Source: Kudoa neothunni (lineage: Eukaryota; Animalia; Cnidaria). From it: 64,000 nt of DNA. A model generated the notes under the pieces. It searched no databases and was not told the origin of the DNA. It saw only the letters and a program-made list of their open reading frames with translations. The translations under genes were made by a program, and so were the position numbers. This document shows, one piece after another, positions 39,301-52,400 of this stretch. The DNA is taken from contig OZ199839.1 in NCBI GenBank assembly GCA_964304625.1, forward strand, positions 10,465,186 through 10,529,185, read 5' to 3'. Every line of letters begins with the position of its first letter. The first letter of the stretch is position 1.

Positions 39301-40571
39301 TAATGCTGACGATGTCATATACACCAAATGTTGCACATTAAACAGTATATTAAAAATTCTCAAATTATTTTATGAGATATTAAGCTACATGTTAACAAAA
39401 TGTAATCAATTCTTTAGGAAATACACTCAAATGGGAACAAGTATATTGCTCTCCGCTTAGTAGGGAAATACTGCCCGAAAATCGAATAAATGTCACATGC
39501 TCATGTAATCACACTACAAGCTATGCTGTGGTGTTTGATTTCAGAGAGAGGGACGACGCTACATCATCTGACGCTAACAAGTATCGTCAAACTGAAATTT
39601 CCCTTAGTTTAACAGTAATATCGTTGGTCTTTTTATTTCTAACACTGATTTGTCTAATCACCTCAGAGTAATCATGATTACCTATTATGCTCAGCGTTCT
39701 TAATTCATATTTTGTTTTTAGAACAAGAAGAACTATGCGTGTTAAAGCGCAAATTGGATTGTGCATTTCGTTGTTTTTCTTACAAGCGTTCTATGTTTCT
39801 ATTAATATCTTTAAAAATAAGCCAAAAGTCTGCTTCGCCTTGGCGGTCAGCATTCATGTAATGTTGCAAACGGTGTATTATTCCTTCCTGCTCAACACCT
39901 ATTTATTGTTCCACACGTTGATTTTTACCATGAAGAAAATTCCTGGTCCTGTCTTCAAACTATGTTTAGCTTTATCATGGGGTAATATAGATACACCTTG
40001 ATTTTTCATATAAAACTTGTTTGTAGCTATTCCTGGAGTGATTACATCCCTGTGTGTTGTGTTTATGAGGAACAATTACGCGAAGAATTCAAAGTAACAC
40101 TCTGCCATCAAACCCTACTTATTCATTAATTTTTTTAGTTGTGTAGTAACTGGCAGTACAAGTCTTTACACAACAACAATACCTAGCGGTGTTGTCGTTT
40201 CGTTTAGTGTCTTCGTTTGTATTTGCGTAATCTGCAATTTGAGACGAGCAGAAAAGAAAAGAGGTAAAAGTGGATCAACCCTGTCCAAGGCCAAACAGAT
40301 TTTCTTCTTAGCGATTCTTTTGGGTTTGCCATTGATATTCCAATATTTAATCTTCATTGATGATGGTGGAAAAGGAGAGTTGGTTTTCGTTATAACCAAT
40401 TGTTCTCAAGGAATATTCTTTTTCTTGATTATTGTGTTGTCCAATTCTACAATGAGAACCCACGCTCTTTCATCAGTCGGATTGATGAGTAGTTCAGCCT
40501 CGAAACCATCTTATATGATGCAATCGAAATCTAAAAGCATGACCCAAACCTCAAATCTTATTAAACACTAG
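18369..40571 (+). CDS. Giant adhesion-type GPCR, copy B, 33 exons, ~2753 aa
   Basis: Exons 18369-18426, 18505-18789, 18842-19117, 23508-23762, 23811-24089, 27810-28091, 28146-28379, 28425-28706, 28754-29278, 29325-29600, 29680-29972, 30019-30298, 30538-30828, 30875-31135, 31181-31477, 31520-31786, 35865-36134, 36178-36450, 36502-36780, 36830-37111, 37192-37467, 37534-37818, 37869-38150; exons 24-33 = copy A coordinates +25301. Same intron positions and phases; exon length differences are multiples of 3; no frameshift seen. Confidence 0.9.
19531..21407 (-). mobile_element. pogo/Tigger-family DNA transposon, decayed, in copy B intron 3
   Basis: ~27 bp TIRs (cagtgggtgacgggttgttcgtaattt / aaattacgaactacacgtcacccacta) flanked by TA. 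Frameshifted transposase fragments: KLYGEADSV, YIIDETALFYQLL, LLSDNASS, KNTISLFQPMYQDKIYSFK. Confidence 0.9.
21825..23265 (-). mobile_element. Second pogo/Tigger-like remnant in copy B intron 3 (ends approximate)
   Basis: Minus strand fragments KLKLHGERERADF and DPEYILNFDETAHFY; degenerate inverted ends sharing ttgcgtaa/ttacgcaa. Confidence 0.65.
25188..26122 (+). mobile_element. Internally deleted pogo-like element (nested)
   Basis: Inverted ends gtaagtaaccaatttcacgc / gcgaaattggtttattac; fragment FIYDVDETATFYR near 25835-25875. Confidence 0.65.
26440..26570 (+). mobile_element. MULE (Mutator-like) transposase fragment
   Basis: Reads ...ESASFLTCRFHLSQIFLREI, resembling the MULE CxFHLxQ motif. 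Confidence 0.5.
32521..33497. mobile_element. Non-autonomous hAT-type element in copy B intron 16
   Basis: caggggtctccaaa ... tttgaagacttctg termini; 8-bp TSD atttagat/attcagat (1 mismatch); same insertion in copy C. Confidence 0.8.
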
Positions 40572-40913
40572 TTCCCCTTTGGATACTTATTATAGTTATT
40601 TAACTAAACTAATATATTAGTTTGTCTTATATATTTCGATCTATTTTGATTAATGATTAGACTTTTTTGGCGTTCTGAATTATTCATTCTTTTTACGATG
40701 TAAACAATTGATATACAAATTTCTTTTTAGGTTTCTGTTTTTTCAGGTCTTTCCTTGAGTAAATTCTACATAATAACGTAGATTCAATCAATTTTTAATT
40801 AAAGATGTAGTATACTGACTTAAACAACAGCAGCCGTTTAACAAATGGATTATTTGACGTGTTTTAAACCTGGTGTTTACGTATGAGGTGAAAATAAATT
40901 AACACGCTTTATA

Positions 40914-42214
40914 CAATATTTCACTACCAAGATGTAAACATGGCGCGCGATCGTCAGTTTTTAAGAATTAACATTCAGACAAGCCTGTTGAACCAGAAAT
41001 TATTAATAGAATAAGAAAATACGAAATTTTTAATATGAAAGATAGGACAAAAATTTTCCAGCAACTCTAAGTATTCGTATTTTGATAAAATTCCTAAAAT
41101 CGTTCAGAACAGGAAGACCAACGGTTAAATATCTGGGCCTCTAGGCATACACGAATCTACGATAAGTAGAATTGTCAAAAAGATAAATGTAACGGAGTCA
41201 GAAGAAAGACTATCAACGGGTGGAGATTGCCGTTCATTATTGAACGCTGATCAAAAACTGTTTATTATTAATGAGATGGATTACAATTGTACGCTATCCC
41301 TTAAACAATTAACCGAAAAGATCGTTTAGAAATACTCCATTCGAATTTCTTTACAAACCACCTTCAGGGTTCTGAATGAATTCCATTATACCCTGAAAAA
41401 ATATCATTAGTACCAGTGGACAGGAACCCACTTATAACTATTTCATTAAGAAACGTGTATGAAATTAATTTTAAATTTGGCTTATGATTTTCTTAGTTAT
41501 GTGAACAAATACATCCGTCTGGAACCAAAATATTCTGAAATTCTATTTATTGACAAATCGACGATTTCAATGCGATCACTTACAGGAACTAAAGCAAATT
41601 TAAACTTGAAATCTATTAGATCCCAAAAAAAATACGTTAATAGTAGCCATGAGCAGTAACAAAATTTGGGGATTTAAAATTTACACAGGCGGTGTACACC
41701 AATTTGTTTTTCCTCATTTTTAACGGATCATTTCGAAAATTTGGAAGCAAATTCAATAGAAAAGGCCATCTAATAATGAATAACGACGCATTCCACAAAA
41801 CCAAAAGTGTAAAAGCATTGATTGAAAACAACCCCATAAATTGTTGCTGCTACCACCCTATTCGTCATTCCTTAATCCGATTGATGCAGTATTTGGATAA
41901 CTTAAATCCATTGTGAAACGGATGGGACCCATAACACATTCGGAGCTGCTCGAATGTATTAGAAAAAGCCCAGAGGAAATAACAGATGTGAACTGTGCGA
42001 ATTAAGTAAACCATTCAAGATCTTATTCCTCGACCTCCTTGCACAAAAAATGAATTAACAATTAGGAATAAAAAATATATATGAATAAAATTTAAGCATC
42101 CCCTGTTATTTCAGCGTTACATAGCTTTTTTTAAAGTTTCACTGACATTTTTAAAATAAAGTTTAACATTTTAATACATATGCGCCATTTTTGCATCTTA
42201 GTTATGAAATACTG
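40914..42214 (+). mobile_element. Tc1/mariner (IS630-like) transposon, decayed
   Basis: ~33 bp imperfect TIRs (caatatttcactaccaagatgtaaacatggcgc / gcgccatttttgcatcttagttatgaaatactg) with TA flanks; fragments IMNNDAFHKTKSV and LLPPYSSFLNPIDAVFG*LK. Confidence 0.88.
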
Positions 42215-43179
42215 TATATTTCTCTTTAATATAATTAGTAGTTGTAACATGCGGATTAATATTAGGTCACATTAATAAATTTATCGAATATAACTATAAA
42301 TTGAATAAATCCTTGTTATTGCATAATAAATAAATCTAGCATCAATAAATATAAACTTATAATAGTTAACAGGCATGCTATTCACAAAATACTATTTTGT
42401 GTATTTTTTTATTGTTGACATTATTACAGACAAATTAATCTCTTATATGGAAGGTAAATAAATATTAATTTTTTTTAACACATACTGAATAATATAAAAC
42501 CTAAAAATTATAAATAACTTAACTTAAAAAAATAAATATAAACAATTTTAATGGAAAAAGATATCTCTTTTTTCCAAAAGTAAAAAACAAGTACAAAAAC
42601 TTATAAGTAAAATAGATTATTTCCAGTATTTTTACACTTATTAAATTACATATAATAAAATGTATATATCTCTAATAAGCGTTTTTCTTGATAAAAAATA
42701 TAGAACATAACTTCTAATCATTTTACTTCATACTGTCTTTAAGATAATTTTAAAAATGTTCTTAGCGGATACATCCTCGAATAACTTACTAAAAGTGAAA
42801 AAATAATGCTAATTTTAAGCTTATTTCTGAATTTTAATACGTAGATGAATGCATATAATTAAGATATGAAACAGTGACGCCATAAGCTAGCAACAAATGC
42901 AATCATTGTGGAAATAAAGGTTTCATCGCGAACGCGAATAATACCAAATCCGAAGTTTGTTAGGATACCGATTATTACCGATATGTGTGTGGCTAAAGTG
43001 AACTTTAATCCAAATTCTATAGTTATTTATAGAATCAAAAGTTTTTATAAAATCTTACAGAATATTTTTAATCTGGGTATTACTGTTGACATCAAGCATT
43101 CGTGGTAAAATAATCATTTTGCTCATTCATTTGCGCATAAAAGATAATCGTTTTGATTTGTTAAGATTTTATAGGTTTT

Positions 43180-45328
43180 CGGTGTGGTAATTGATAACAC
43201 ACCTTCTATTTTTTGGTAGACAACAATAGCGATAACATTTTATACACGTAAATTGGGGGGTTCGTTGGAATAATCTGCATCGAGACTATGAGGACATTAT
43301 CGCAGAATAATATCTAATATGGTTGAATCTTATGTGGTCGCTAATTGGATTTAATTTTACTGGAATATTTTCATTTTCGATAGAATAATTTCCCTCCACG
43401 GAGTAATTCAAAAACGGTCTACCACGTTTTCTGAGGACACAAGGTTCCTGACGATGATATCGAAGGGTTTCACTTATTTTTAATGAAAAATGCATTAAAT
43501 CTAATGTTTAATTTATCGGAACATTTGTGATGGTAAAATTTCTTTTGTGGAGTAGCCATGCATATACATTGTATGTATTCAGAGTCCAAAAGAAAATCCT
43601 AAAATAATATTTCCTGCTATTATGGTTCATAACATAGAGCGACATAAGCATGTTAGACAAGTCAACTCCGCCCATGTTGCTATTGTATTCCGCGACAAAT
43701 ACAGGACATGGAGTATTAATCATTCTTTTTTCGATCTGACAAATCTCTTCACGGTCTTTATTGGTCCCGGTGATGAAAGAGTTGAGGAGTATGTTACAAT
43801 GGATCCGTCGAACCAGCGTGTTATGGAAATTCCGCTGTTGAATTCGTGAATGGTTTTGTAGGCTCCTTTCTACTGTCTTCAAATCCATTTCACTTTTTAA
43901 TAGGCATCCTTTAATCTATTCTTACGAATTGTACCCACGAAATAAATATTTCTTTTTTTCAGATAAATCTGAAGGGGAATCGAGGTAAACCAATTGTCAA
44001 AATGCACAAAGTATATTTTTGATGAAGGTAAACTTTCTCATAATTTTACCATGAAGTCACCAGACACCAATCCACAACTTTTTTAAACACTAGGTCTATC
44101 TTCGTCGTATATATGAAAATCGTGCACTATTCCATTTACTCCGCACCTAGCAAACACCTTGAAACCCTATTTCATCGGTTTATTCGGAAGGTATTGTTTG
44201 GTTTACAGCGACTTTTAAATGGGATCATTTGTTCATCTATGAAATTTTTTTATCACATTGGATTAACAAAGAGGACTCTCCGACGGAATTCAAAATTGGT
44301 GTAATTTTAGCCAATCTATCATAATTAGGATGATCGGGGTTTGTTATAATTCTTGATTGTCAATAAAATGTATATATTTGCATTTATTTTCAAATTTCAC
44401 TCCTGACAAACACTCGATAATAGGAGGATAATTGAGGAGTTTTACCCAATAGCAACGGTATCGTGGCATTTTGACAATTCTCATTATAATCAATACTCCT
44501 ATATACTTTTGTACATATTTTTTATCAACGCTAAAACTAGAGTTTTCTTGTGTGGAGTATACATTTGTTTGTTCAGTGATTTCCTCGAACAAATCCTCGT
44601 TGAAAAAAATTGAAATAACCAATAGGCAAAACGAGGTCGGTAACTTCATTAAAATCGCCATACTCGTTCTATAATTTTCTTAGAATGTTGTCAGTATTGT
44701 TTTCTGTACTCTATTTAAACGTATCAACAATTTTATTGTCAGAACTCTCTGGATCGTAAGCTGTTTCCAAGATAGTTTTACCATAATTTTTGTCGGAGTT
44801 ACAAATTTCGAAGTCGCCCGCATATTCTCTTGGATCAAAAATATCAGAATTAGGAAATATAACAATTTATTTAACAATTCTACCCTCTTAAGAACGTTTA
44901 AAAACCAATTCGCGTTCCATGCATTCAAATACCGGAGATCCACGAAAGCCAAATGTCCACCCTAACACTCACGTGAAGACTAACCGCTATCATCGTATTT
45001 ATTATTACGTATCCTCTATAAATTTGTATATGTAAACTAACTGGCGTGATTGATAATATATATATATATATATATTTGAAATAAAAATATATTCATATAT
45101 GTTTGTTTTGTCGGTTATTTTTTGCGACACGAGGAATTATAAAAAATGATGAATAAATCGAACATAAACATTTGTTAAACCGCGTTCATACTTAAATATT
45201 AAGTAAAAAGTAAATATAACTTCAAAATAATAAAAATATTTATGGAAGTACTCTAGAGAAACTATAATTACATATATACAGACGTATTAATTTATTGGGT
45301 ACTAGGGTGGACATTTGTCACGAAAGGG
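43180..45328 (-). mobile_element. piggyBac transposon remnant
   Basis: Fragments IDEQMIPFK, VHFDNWFTSIPL, EYNSNMGGVDLSN and a Cys-rich tail FTCIKCYRYCCLPKNRRC; AGGG|TTAA terminus at 45328. The other terminus was not found. Confidence 0.88.
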
Positions 45329-45399
45329 TTAAAATGGAGTTTCCGATGGATAATATTGACATTATATTACTAAAATATTTGTCTTTTTAAATCCGATTT

Positions 45400-46050
45400 T
45401 AAAAAACTTTTTAACATGCCACAAAATTTGGGGCTGTTGCCAGAATTTAAAAAGTGCAGTAAATGCTTATCAGGTATGTATCCGATAAATCAAAAAAACA
45501 AAATTGATTTGTATATATTTTTTTGCGGCATTTGAAAAAAGAAATGTTAATCAGAAACGGAATCTTTTTAGAGGTGTCACATTTATCGATATGACAGATA
45601 TTTTCCCTGATGTATTTTAATCTAAATGACTTAAATATGTCACATAGAACAATCTGTAGGCAGCTGTGTATTGGTTCTGAGCACATTGTAGTTGATTGGA
45701 TGCGGTATCTTCGAGAAATTTACTCTGAGTACTTAGACTCCCATCACGAAAAAATTGGTTCCCCTGGCTTAGTTGTTCAAATCGACGAGTCGTTTATCTG
45801 TAGAAGGAAATACCATGTGGAAAAATTTTAGTCAACCCGTCTTGTTGGATTGTTAGTGGAATTGACAGCAACGCTAATATTTTCCAGAAAATTACAGATA
45901 TTCGAGACAAACCTACGTTGGAAAATATCATCTTGAACAATGTCGAATCGGGATCGATGATTTAGACGAGTGGTTGGAAAGGATAAAAAGATTTATCCCT
46001 TATTGCTTATCAACATGAAGTTGTGATGCATAAACATGGATTCAAACGAA
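45400..46050 (+). mobile_element. Merlin (IS1595/ISXO2-like) transposase remnant
   Basis: VVDWMRYLREI...KIGSPGLVVQIDESFICRRKYH matches the IGGPG.VVEIDES....RKY motif; followed by frameshifts and stops. Confidence 0.82.
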
Positions 46051-46387
46051 TGGATGTGTTATGTTTCTTAAGTGCGCTCACCCAACTACAGAATAACACA
46101 CGCGGCCTGACTGGGTCCAATAACTAATAATATTAAGGGGGGTTTTAGCGTGGCGGATAGGCCGCCAATAATACGCAGTTATGGCTAATCCTTAACATGA
46201 TGAAATTCATATTAATCGCATTGAAGCCATTTGAAGGTCAGTGAAAAGATAGTATCGTCATATCACCAACAGGAGATCAGAATTGATTTGTTATTACCTC
46301 TCAGAATACCACTTCAAAAGAAAATTCATTGTTGAAACTTTTAAAATATATATATATATATATATATTAACAATCAATGAACTATAT

Positions 46388-47621
46388 TGTTAGAATACCT
46401 ATGGGATTCTATTAATACACAATAATTGAATCAATTAAAGATAGATATTATTGGCCATATCAACGGAAAGACATTAAAAATTGGTGTGAATCGTGTCCGG
46501 AATGTGCAATTAGAAATAGACCAACCAGAAAGTTTATATCTCAAATTGATACAAATAACTCAAGCTATCCAATGGAAAGAATAGCAATAGATATTGTGGG
46601 ACCTCTTGAGAAGAGCAATAAAGGCAATAAATTCATTTGTGTTGTTCAGGATTATTTTACAAAATGGGCCGAAGCTTTCGCATTGAAAAACCAAGAAGCG
46701 ATTACGGTCAGCAACAAACTTATTAAAAACGTGTTTTCTAGATTTGGGATTCCTAAATTTATTCATACTGATCAAGGAACCAATTATGAATCCAACTTGT
46801 TTCACAATATGTGTAATCTAATGGGAATTAAAAAGACTAGAACATGTCCATATAATCCAAAATCTGATGGAATGGTTGAGCGTTTAAATAGAACGATTGG
46901 AGATATGTTGAGTAAATGTGCAAAACAATATAATGATTAGGACGAAATGCTTCCCTTGGTTATGATGGCATACAGATCAGCGACCCATACTGCAACTAAA
47001 TATACACCTAATTTTATGATGCTTGGTAGAGAAATTTTTTCACCTATTGATACGATTTTTGGAAATTCTAAAACATTTAATAATTTCGACAATCACGCTA
47101 AATATCTTAGAACAAACATAAAAATGGTTCACAAATTAGCAAGTGAACATTTGTAAGTTTACCATGACAAATTCAAAAACACTTATAACAAGAAAACATA
47201 CGGTAAAATATACAATGTTGGTGATAAGGTTTGGCTAGCTGTCAACATAAGGAGGAATAAACTTGATCCTTATTATGAAGGACCGTATGTGGTCAAACAA
47301 AGAATTTCAAATTCGCTCTATCAACTTGATCAAAATGGAAAGAATATAGTAATTAATTTTGATAATTATAACCCTTTATATAGAGAACAACTGAAACAAA
47401 CGTTAACTCAAATTATGGAATTGATGTGCTGGGCAAGAAGAGGGAGTAGTGTTAGAATACCTATGGGATTCTATTAATACAAAATAATGACCTTTAATTA
47501 TCAAGCATTAGAATCCTCAAGATAGTAGTTAATTACTTTATTATATATATAAACTACTATTATCTCGAGGAAGATTACTGTTGTATTTTTGATCATAGTG
47601 TTATGAATAATAGTTGCAACA
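46388..47621 (+). mobile_element. Internally deleted Ty3/Gypsy LTR retrotransposon (integrase pseudogene, PPT, 172-bp 3' LTR 47450-47621)
   Basis: RYYWP...CESCPEC zinc-binding half; IAIDIVGPL, IHTDQGTNYES, PKSDGMVERLNRT core; PPT aagaagagggag; LTR TGTT...AACA; first ~31 nt of the LTR repeated at 46388; ATAT TSD on both sides. Confidence 0.92.
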
Positions 47622-47833
47622 ATATTAACATATATCTTCATTGATAGTCCACATTACAGATTTTATTTTATTGTGTGCGAGTCTTTCTGACAATCGTCGA
47701 TGAATTGCCCCAAACTGCAGTTTAGCCTCAATTATAATTACAAAAGGACTTTCGTAAAAGAATTGGCTAAAATAATTAGAGCTGAACGGAGGAAATTAAG
47801 CAGCTCTATCGTTTATAATTATTAGTGAATATT

Positions 47834-48887
47834 CAGCCTAACCCCATTTATCCGAAAATCGCGCTATCCGAACGAGTTTTTTAAAATTCATTTGAAATGA
47901 TGTAGATTCTAAATAAAAAAATTTCGCTTAGCCGAAATTTCAGCAACCGCAATCCGAAACAACTTTTTGCTGGGATTTTCGGATAAAAATGCCTCGAAGA
48001 ATGGATTAGTGCCTGGTTAAAATAGCACTTACATTTATTTTTTTGAAACATATGTTCGCTATTTGTTCAATTTGAGTTTATGTTTGATTCACAGAAATAG
48101 TGTAACGTAGATAATATAGTATTTTATGTTCAAAATGCAACCATGTTCACGGTGAACGAATAAATGTTGGTTAAAAACAAACTCCCTATATCTTATCTTT
48201 TCATGAGTAACAAAATATAAAAATGTAAATTATTGGATTGCTTAATCACAAACTAGCAGTGACTTCATAAGACTAATTTATCCATGGAATTCATTCAATT
48301 CTGCAATGCGCACACATCAGTTTTTTTCCCATAACACTTCCACTTTTAATTCATATTAAGTCTTAACAATCATTAATCAATATTAATTTGTTATAATATG
48401 ACGTATTTTAATTAATGAGAAAATTCCAAATATCGTTATGGAGAATTATGGGCAAATACTCCTCATTGTTATTTTATTATTCTTATCATCAATATTAATA
48501 CAATTCACAATAATCAACTAGGGAAGAAATTATAAAAGAATTAAACATAATAGTCCATTTCTTAGAATCTAGAAAGTATCATTCTAATATGGCGCAGTGG
48601 CGTAAAGGTCGCATATATCGGCTGTACGCGTGCGCCGGCTACGTTTGATATTGAACTATTGTCTTAAAATAATGTTTTCACGTTGTATTCATTAGTATAA
48701 CGTATATATGTAGTAGAGTTTTCGTTTAAAATATAAAAAACATTGAATAAGGAAAAATAATGTATGTAACCAACCAACAATTTTCCTCTTCCACACGTGC
48801 ATTTCATCGAACTTCGTTTAACCGAAATTTCAATATCCGAAAGGAAAATGCTAGGACCCAATATTTTCGAATAAACCGGTTGGACTG
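47834..48887. mobile_element. Putative non-autonomous TIR element
   Basis: Imperfect inverted ends cagcctaaccccatttatccgaaaat / attttcgaataaaccggttggactg; internal repeated tccgaa motifs; no coding remnant recognised. Confidence 0.5.
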
Positions 48888-49422
48888 TATACAAGAATTT
48901 GGCTCCAATGAATAAAACTGTTGAAACAAATGCAGTTAATTAATTCTACATACCACTCAAAAATTAAAATTTAAAGATATTACGTTCTAAAAATAAATTA
49001 TACCTTTCTATGTTAGTGATTTATTACGATTTAAATAAAATGTATGTTTCCAAAGTAAATTATCTCTACGAATAATCGAGTGAAGTTATTACACTTGCGT
49101 ACATGCAACTCTCACCTTTCTTGAGATCACAATAAGATTACGAGCCACCTGTTTTTTTTCATACTTTTATTTGTATGAATGGGTAAATCTAAATGTCATT
49201 CATATTCCTATATGATTATATAAGACTTAACTAAAGCATATTAAAGAATTATCCTCATTTATATTATTCATAAGATTAATTTTACGTATTATACAATAAT
49301 AAAGTGAATTACTAAATTACTTTATTATCTGAATGTTGGAACAATAGACATTTATAGCTATCGCATAATTATCGGTGAAATTAATCGAACTACTTTTAAA
49401 GTATTCATCGATAGTGAGAATC

Positions 49423-52400
49423 ATGGATAAAATTATTATTTTTTTTACAATATTGATATATAGCGTGAAGGAAATTTCACGTAATTAAAAATAAATTATT
49501 TGTCAATAATATGGCTATGATTCTCCATAATTTTTTATAAATTCTAATTATTTCGTTAGTTGATGAAATAACTACTTGTGATCTTACTGCAAAATACAAA
49601 TATGGTCTGGATGTTCTTGAATTAAGTTTGAGACTACCTGCACCTAAAGAAACGATCGAAGCAAGTTGGCAACTTAGTCACAGTGTTACTGGAAGAGTAG
49701 TCAAATATTCCAGAAATAGTCCATTAGGATGTGTATCAAAATACTGCAAAATTCTCATATTTGATGTGGATAGAACACAACCTTATTTTTTCACGATTAC
49801 AACTGAAGAATGCGCAAATATCCAACCTTTCAAAATTGACAGCGGTAATTATATCACATTCTTATAATAAAACGCTATTCGTTAAAATTACTTAAAGATC
49901 CAATGGATATTGAAATAGTATATCGTCGAGTAACACCATCAGAAGTAATTTTCGAAAATGAATTATTTTCTTTTAAAAATTTCCATTGCCAACTTTTCAA
50001 AATTGATTCATTATACGATTCGAAGAAACTTATTGGAGAGAATGACTTTGTGGACATTCATGAAAAAGAAGGAGAGTGCGAACAAATGATCATAGGACTA
50101 AACGAGAGGAAGCTTTATAAATATGCTCTTCGTATAAAAAATATATCAAATAAAGTTATAGTGAACATCAAAAGTATGTTACTTTTATATATTTAAATAT
50201 ATAAAAGACAGAATTTTGTTTAATGTGCATATTTTATATAGTTTTCTTTCATAATTAATTGTCACGTCGATTACAAGTGTGTGCCAAAGGTATTTACTCG
50301 ATGTGTACCGCCTACATTTGTAAAAAGAGCATGTTTTAAACAAATATTATTTTAATTTCTATGTTTAAATCGACACAATTAATTAAAAAAAGAATAAAAT
50401 AAAATATTTTGATATAATTACATTTATAATAAAACTGAAATCATTTAATCATAGAAATAATTAGTTTCATTGCATTTTATATATTGAAAAACAAAATAGA
50501 TTGTATTAATTTTGTGTTCTGTATTTAGGTAAAATTAAAAATATGGATTGAGAATTATGTTTAATTTATTAAAAATTAATTTAATTTCAAAATTTTTGTG
50601 AATTCCTCAGATATCACCTTATAAAAGAAATATGTTAAAGTTGATATTTAGTGATAATGATTTTAATTTTTATTAAATTAATTAAGATAGAAGTTAATGA
50701 TATTGAAATTTTTAATGTCACTTTAGTAAGAAGAACCATAAACCGTAAACGCGATGCCACGAGAAAAGTTTATTTTTTCACTGATATAAATTTTATAACT
50801 GATAAACTCTATTATACATTTGTTCGTCATATACGTAGGATTGGAATTTTTTGGTGTTTATTATGTTCTCCAATTCTAATGATCAAATTTTTAATGTCTT
50901 CTAACATTATTCACATATAAAATGTTACCAAGAGCGTAAATATAATAAAAAATTGTTATAAAGCGATATTATTTTCTTTTAAATTGAACCTTTTTATCAC
51001 AGTATATAAGAGCACGACATTCGGAGAACATAATAAACTCCGAAAATTTCCATCCTTAGTGGTAAGGCTTAAGCGTAGAGCGGGAGAATTAACTGACCCT
51101 TAAGCATTGAACGCATTTAAGAGATTATCTTGAAAATCGTTCAAATATAATATAAATGATATATTATAATATAATTTTTCGGCACAATAAGATATCATTA
51201 TTTAGTCTTATGCCAGTATTAAATTAGAGGAAATTTAATTTAAGTTAAAGTTATAAAATTGAAACTACATTGAACAGTTTCCTGCGGCTAATATATTAAA
51301 AATGAATGAAATAACTATACACATATAACTTAAGATTTTACTAATATTTCTCAATTAGATAGAAATAATTTTGGTTTTATTTTTTATACTTCAAATATTT
51401 CTAACATAGACAATATCGGTGTAGTGATCTCTCAACAAATATTAAACCTAATTTTGCACTAAGTAGGCAAAACATTTCTTTGTAATCAATAAATTATAAT
51501 ATATGCTTAACTTAAAAAAATATGTTCACAATAATAAAAAATCCACAATATTAACTAATTAAAATTTCACGCAACTTTATAAAATATTTTAAACGATAAC
51601 TTTTGATAAATTTCTTTAGATATTTTGCGTCACAGTATCTATATTTATAACTACAATAGCCTCCTAGAAATTATATATATTTCTCTTCTTTTTTTTTAAA
51701 TTTGTAATTTGTTCAAATTTGTATCATTAATGCTGGAATGTTATATTTTTTCAAACTTTTTCTAGATGAACATCCAATGAAACGCTTTCTAGAGACTTAC
51801 GGATGTGTACTCACTGTATCAACTTCCAATATCGACGATTCAAAATACAATCCCTCATTCTTTTTCACTCATCAATATACCTACTCATATCCACTTTTCA
51901 TACGATTATTTATGGAAGGAACAATTACAACTTTAAGTTTTCGAATTCCATATAACTCAGAAATGTTTTTTATTGTTAAATATGACGGAGTGAACTCTGA
52001 ACCACACCAACTCTTCACCGGTAAACCTCTTTTATAAATCCTATACAAATCATTCTGGATTTTTTAGAAACAGAATCGGAAGATTTTTCAAAAGTTGTAA
52101 GTTTAAATCATGTGACTATTGAGTTAGTGAAGAAAGAGAAAGCTGGAGAAGTAAGCTACACGGTTGAAGAAAGTAGAAATAAAAAAATTGTCAATGTACT
52201 CAGGTGTCATAATAAGGATCGATCCGGTTGTATTGGATATAAAAAATCTGATGGATCATATATTTTTGAGAAAAAATTGAAAACATCATACAGAATACAT
52301 ATGAAGACAACTGGACTAACTGAAAAATCGTTTCAAATCCGTTGGGGTAAGATATGAATATTTTAAATAACAACTATTAACTTTTTAAATGATTCAACAT

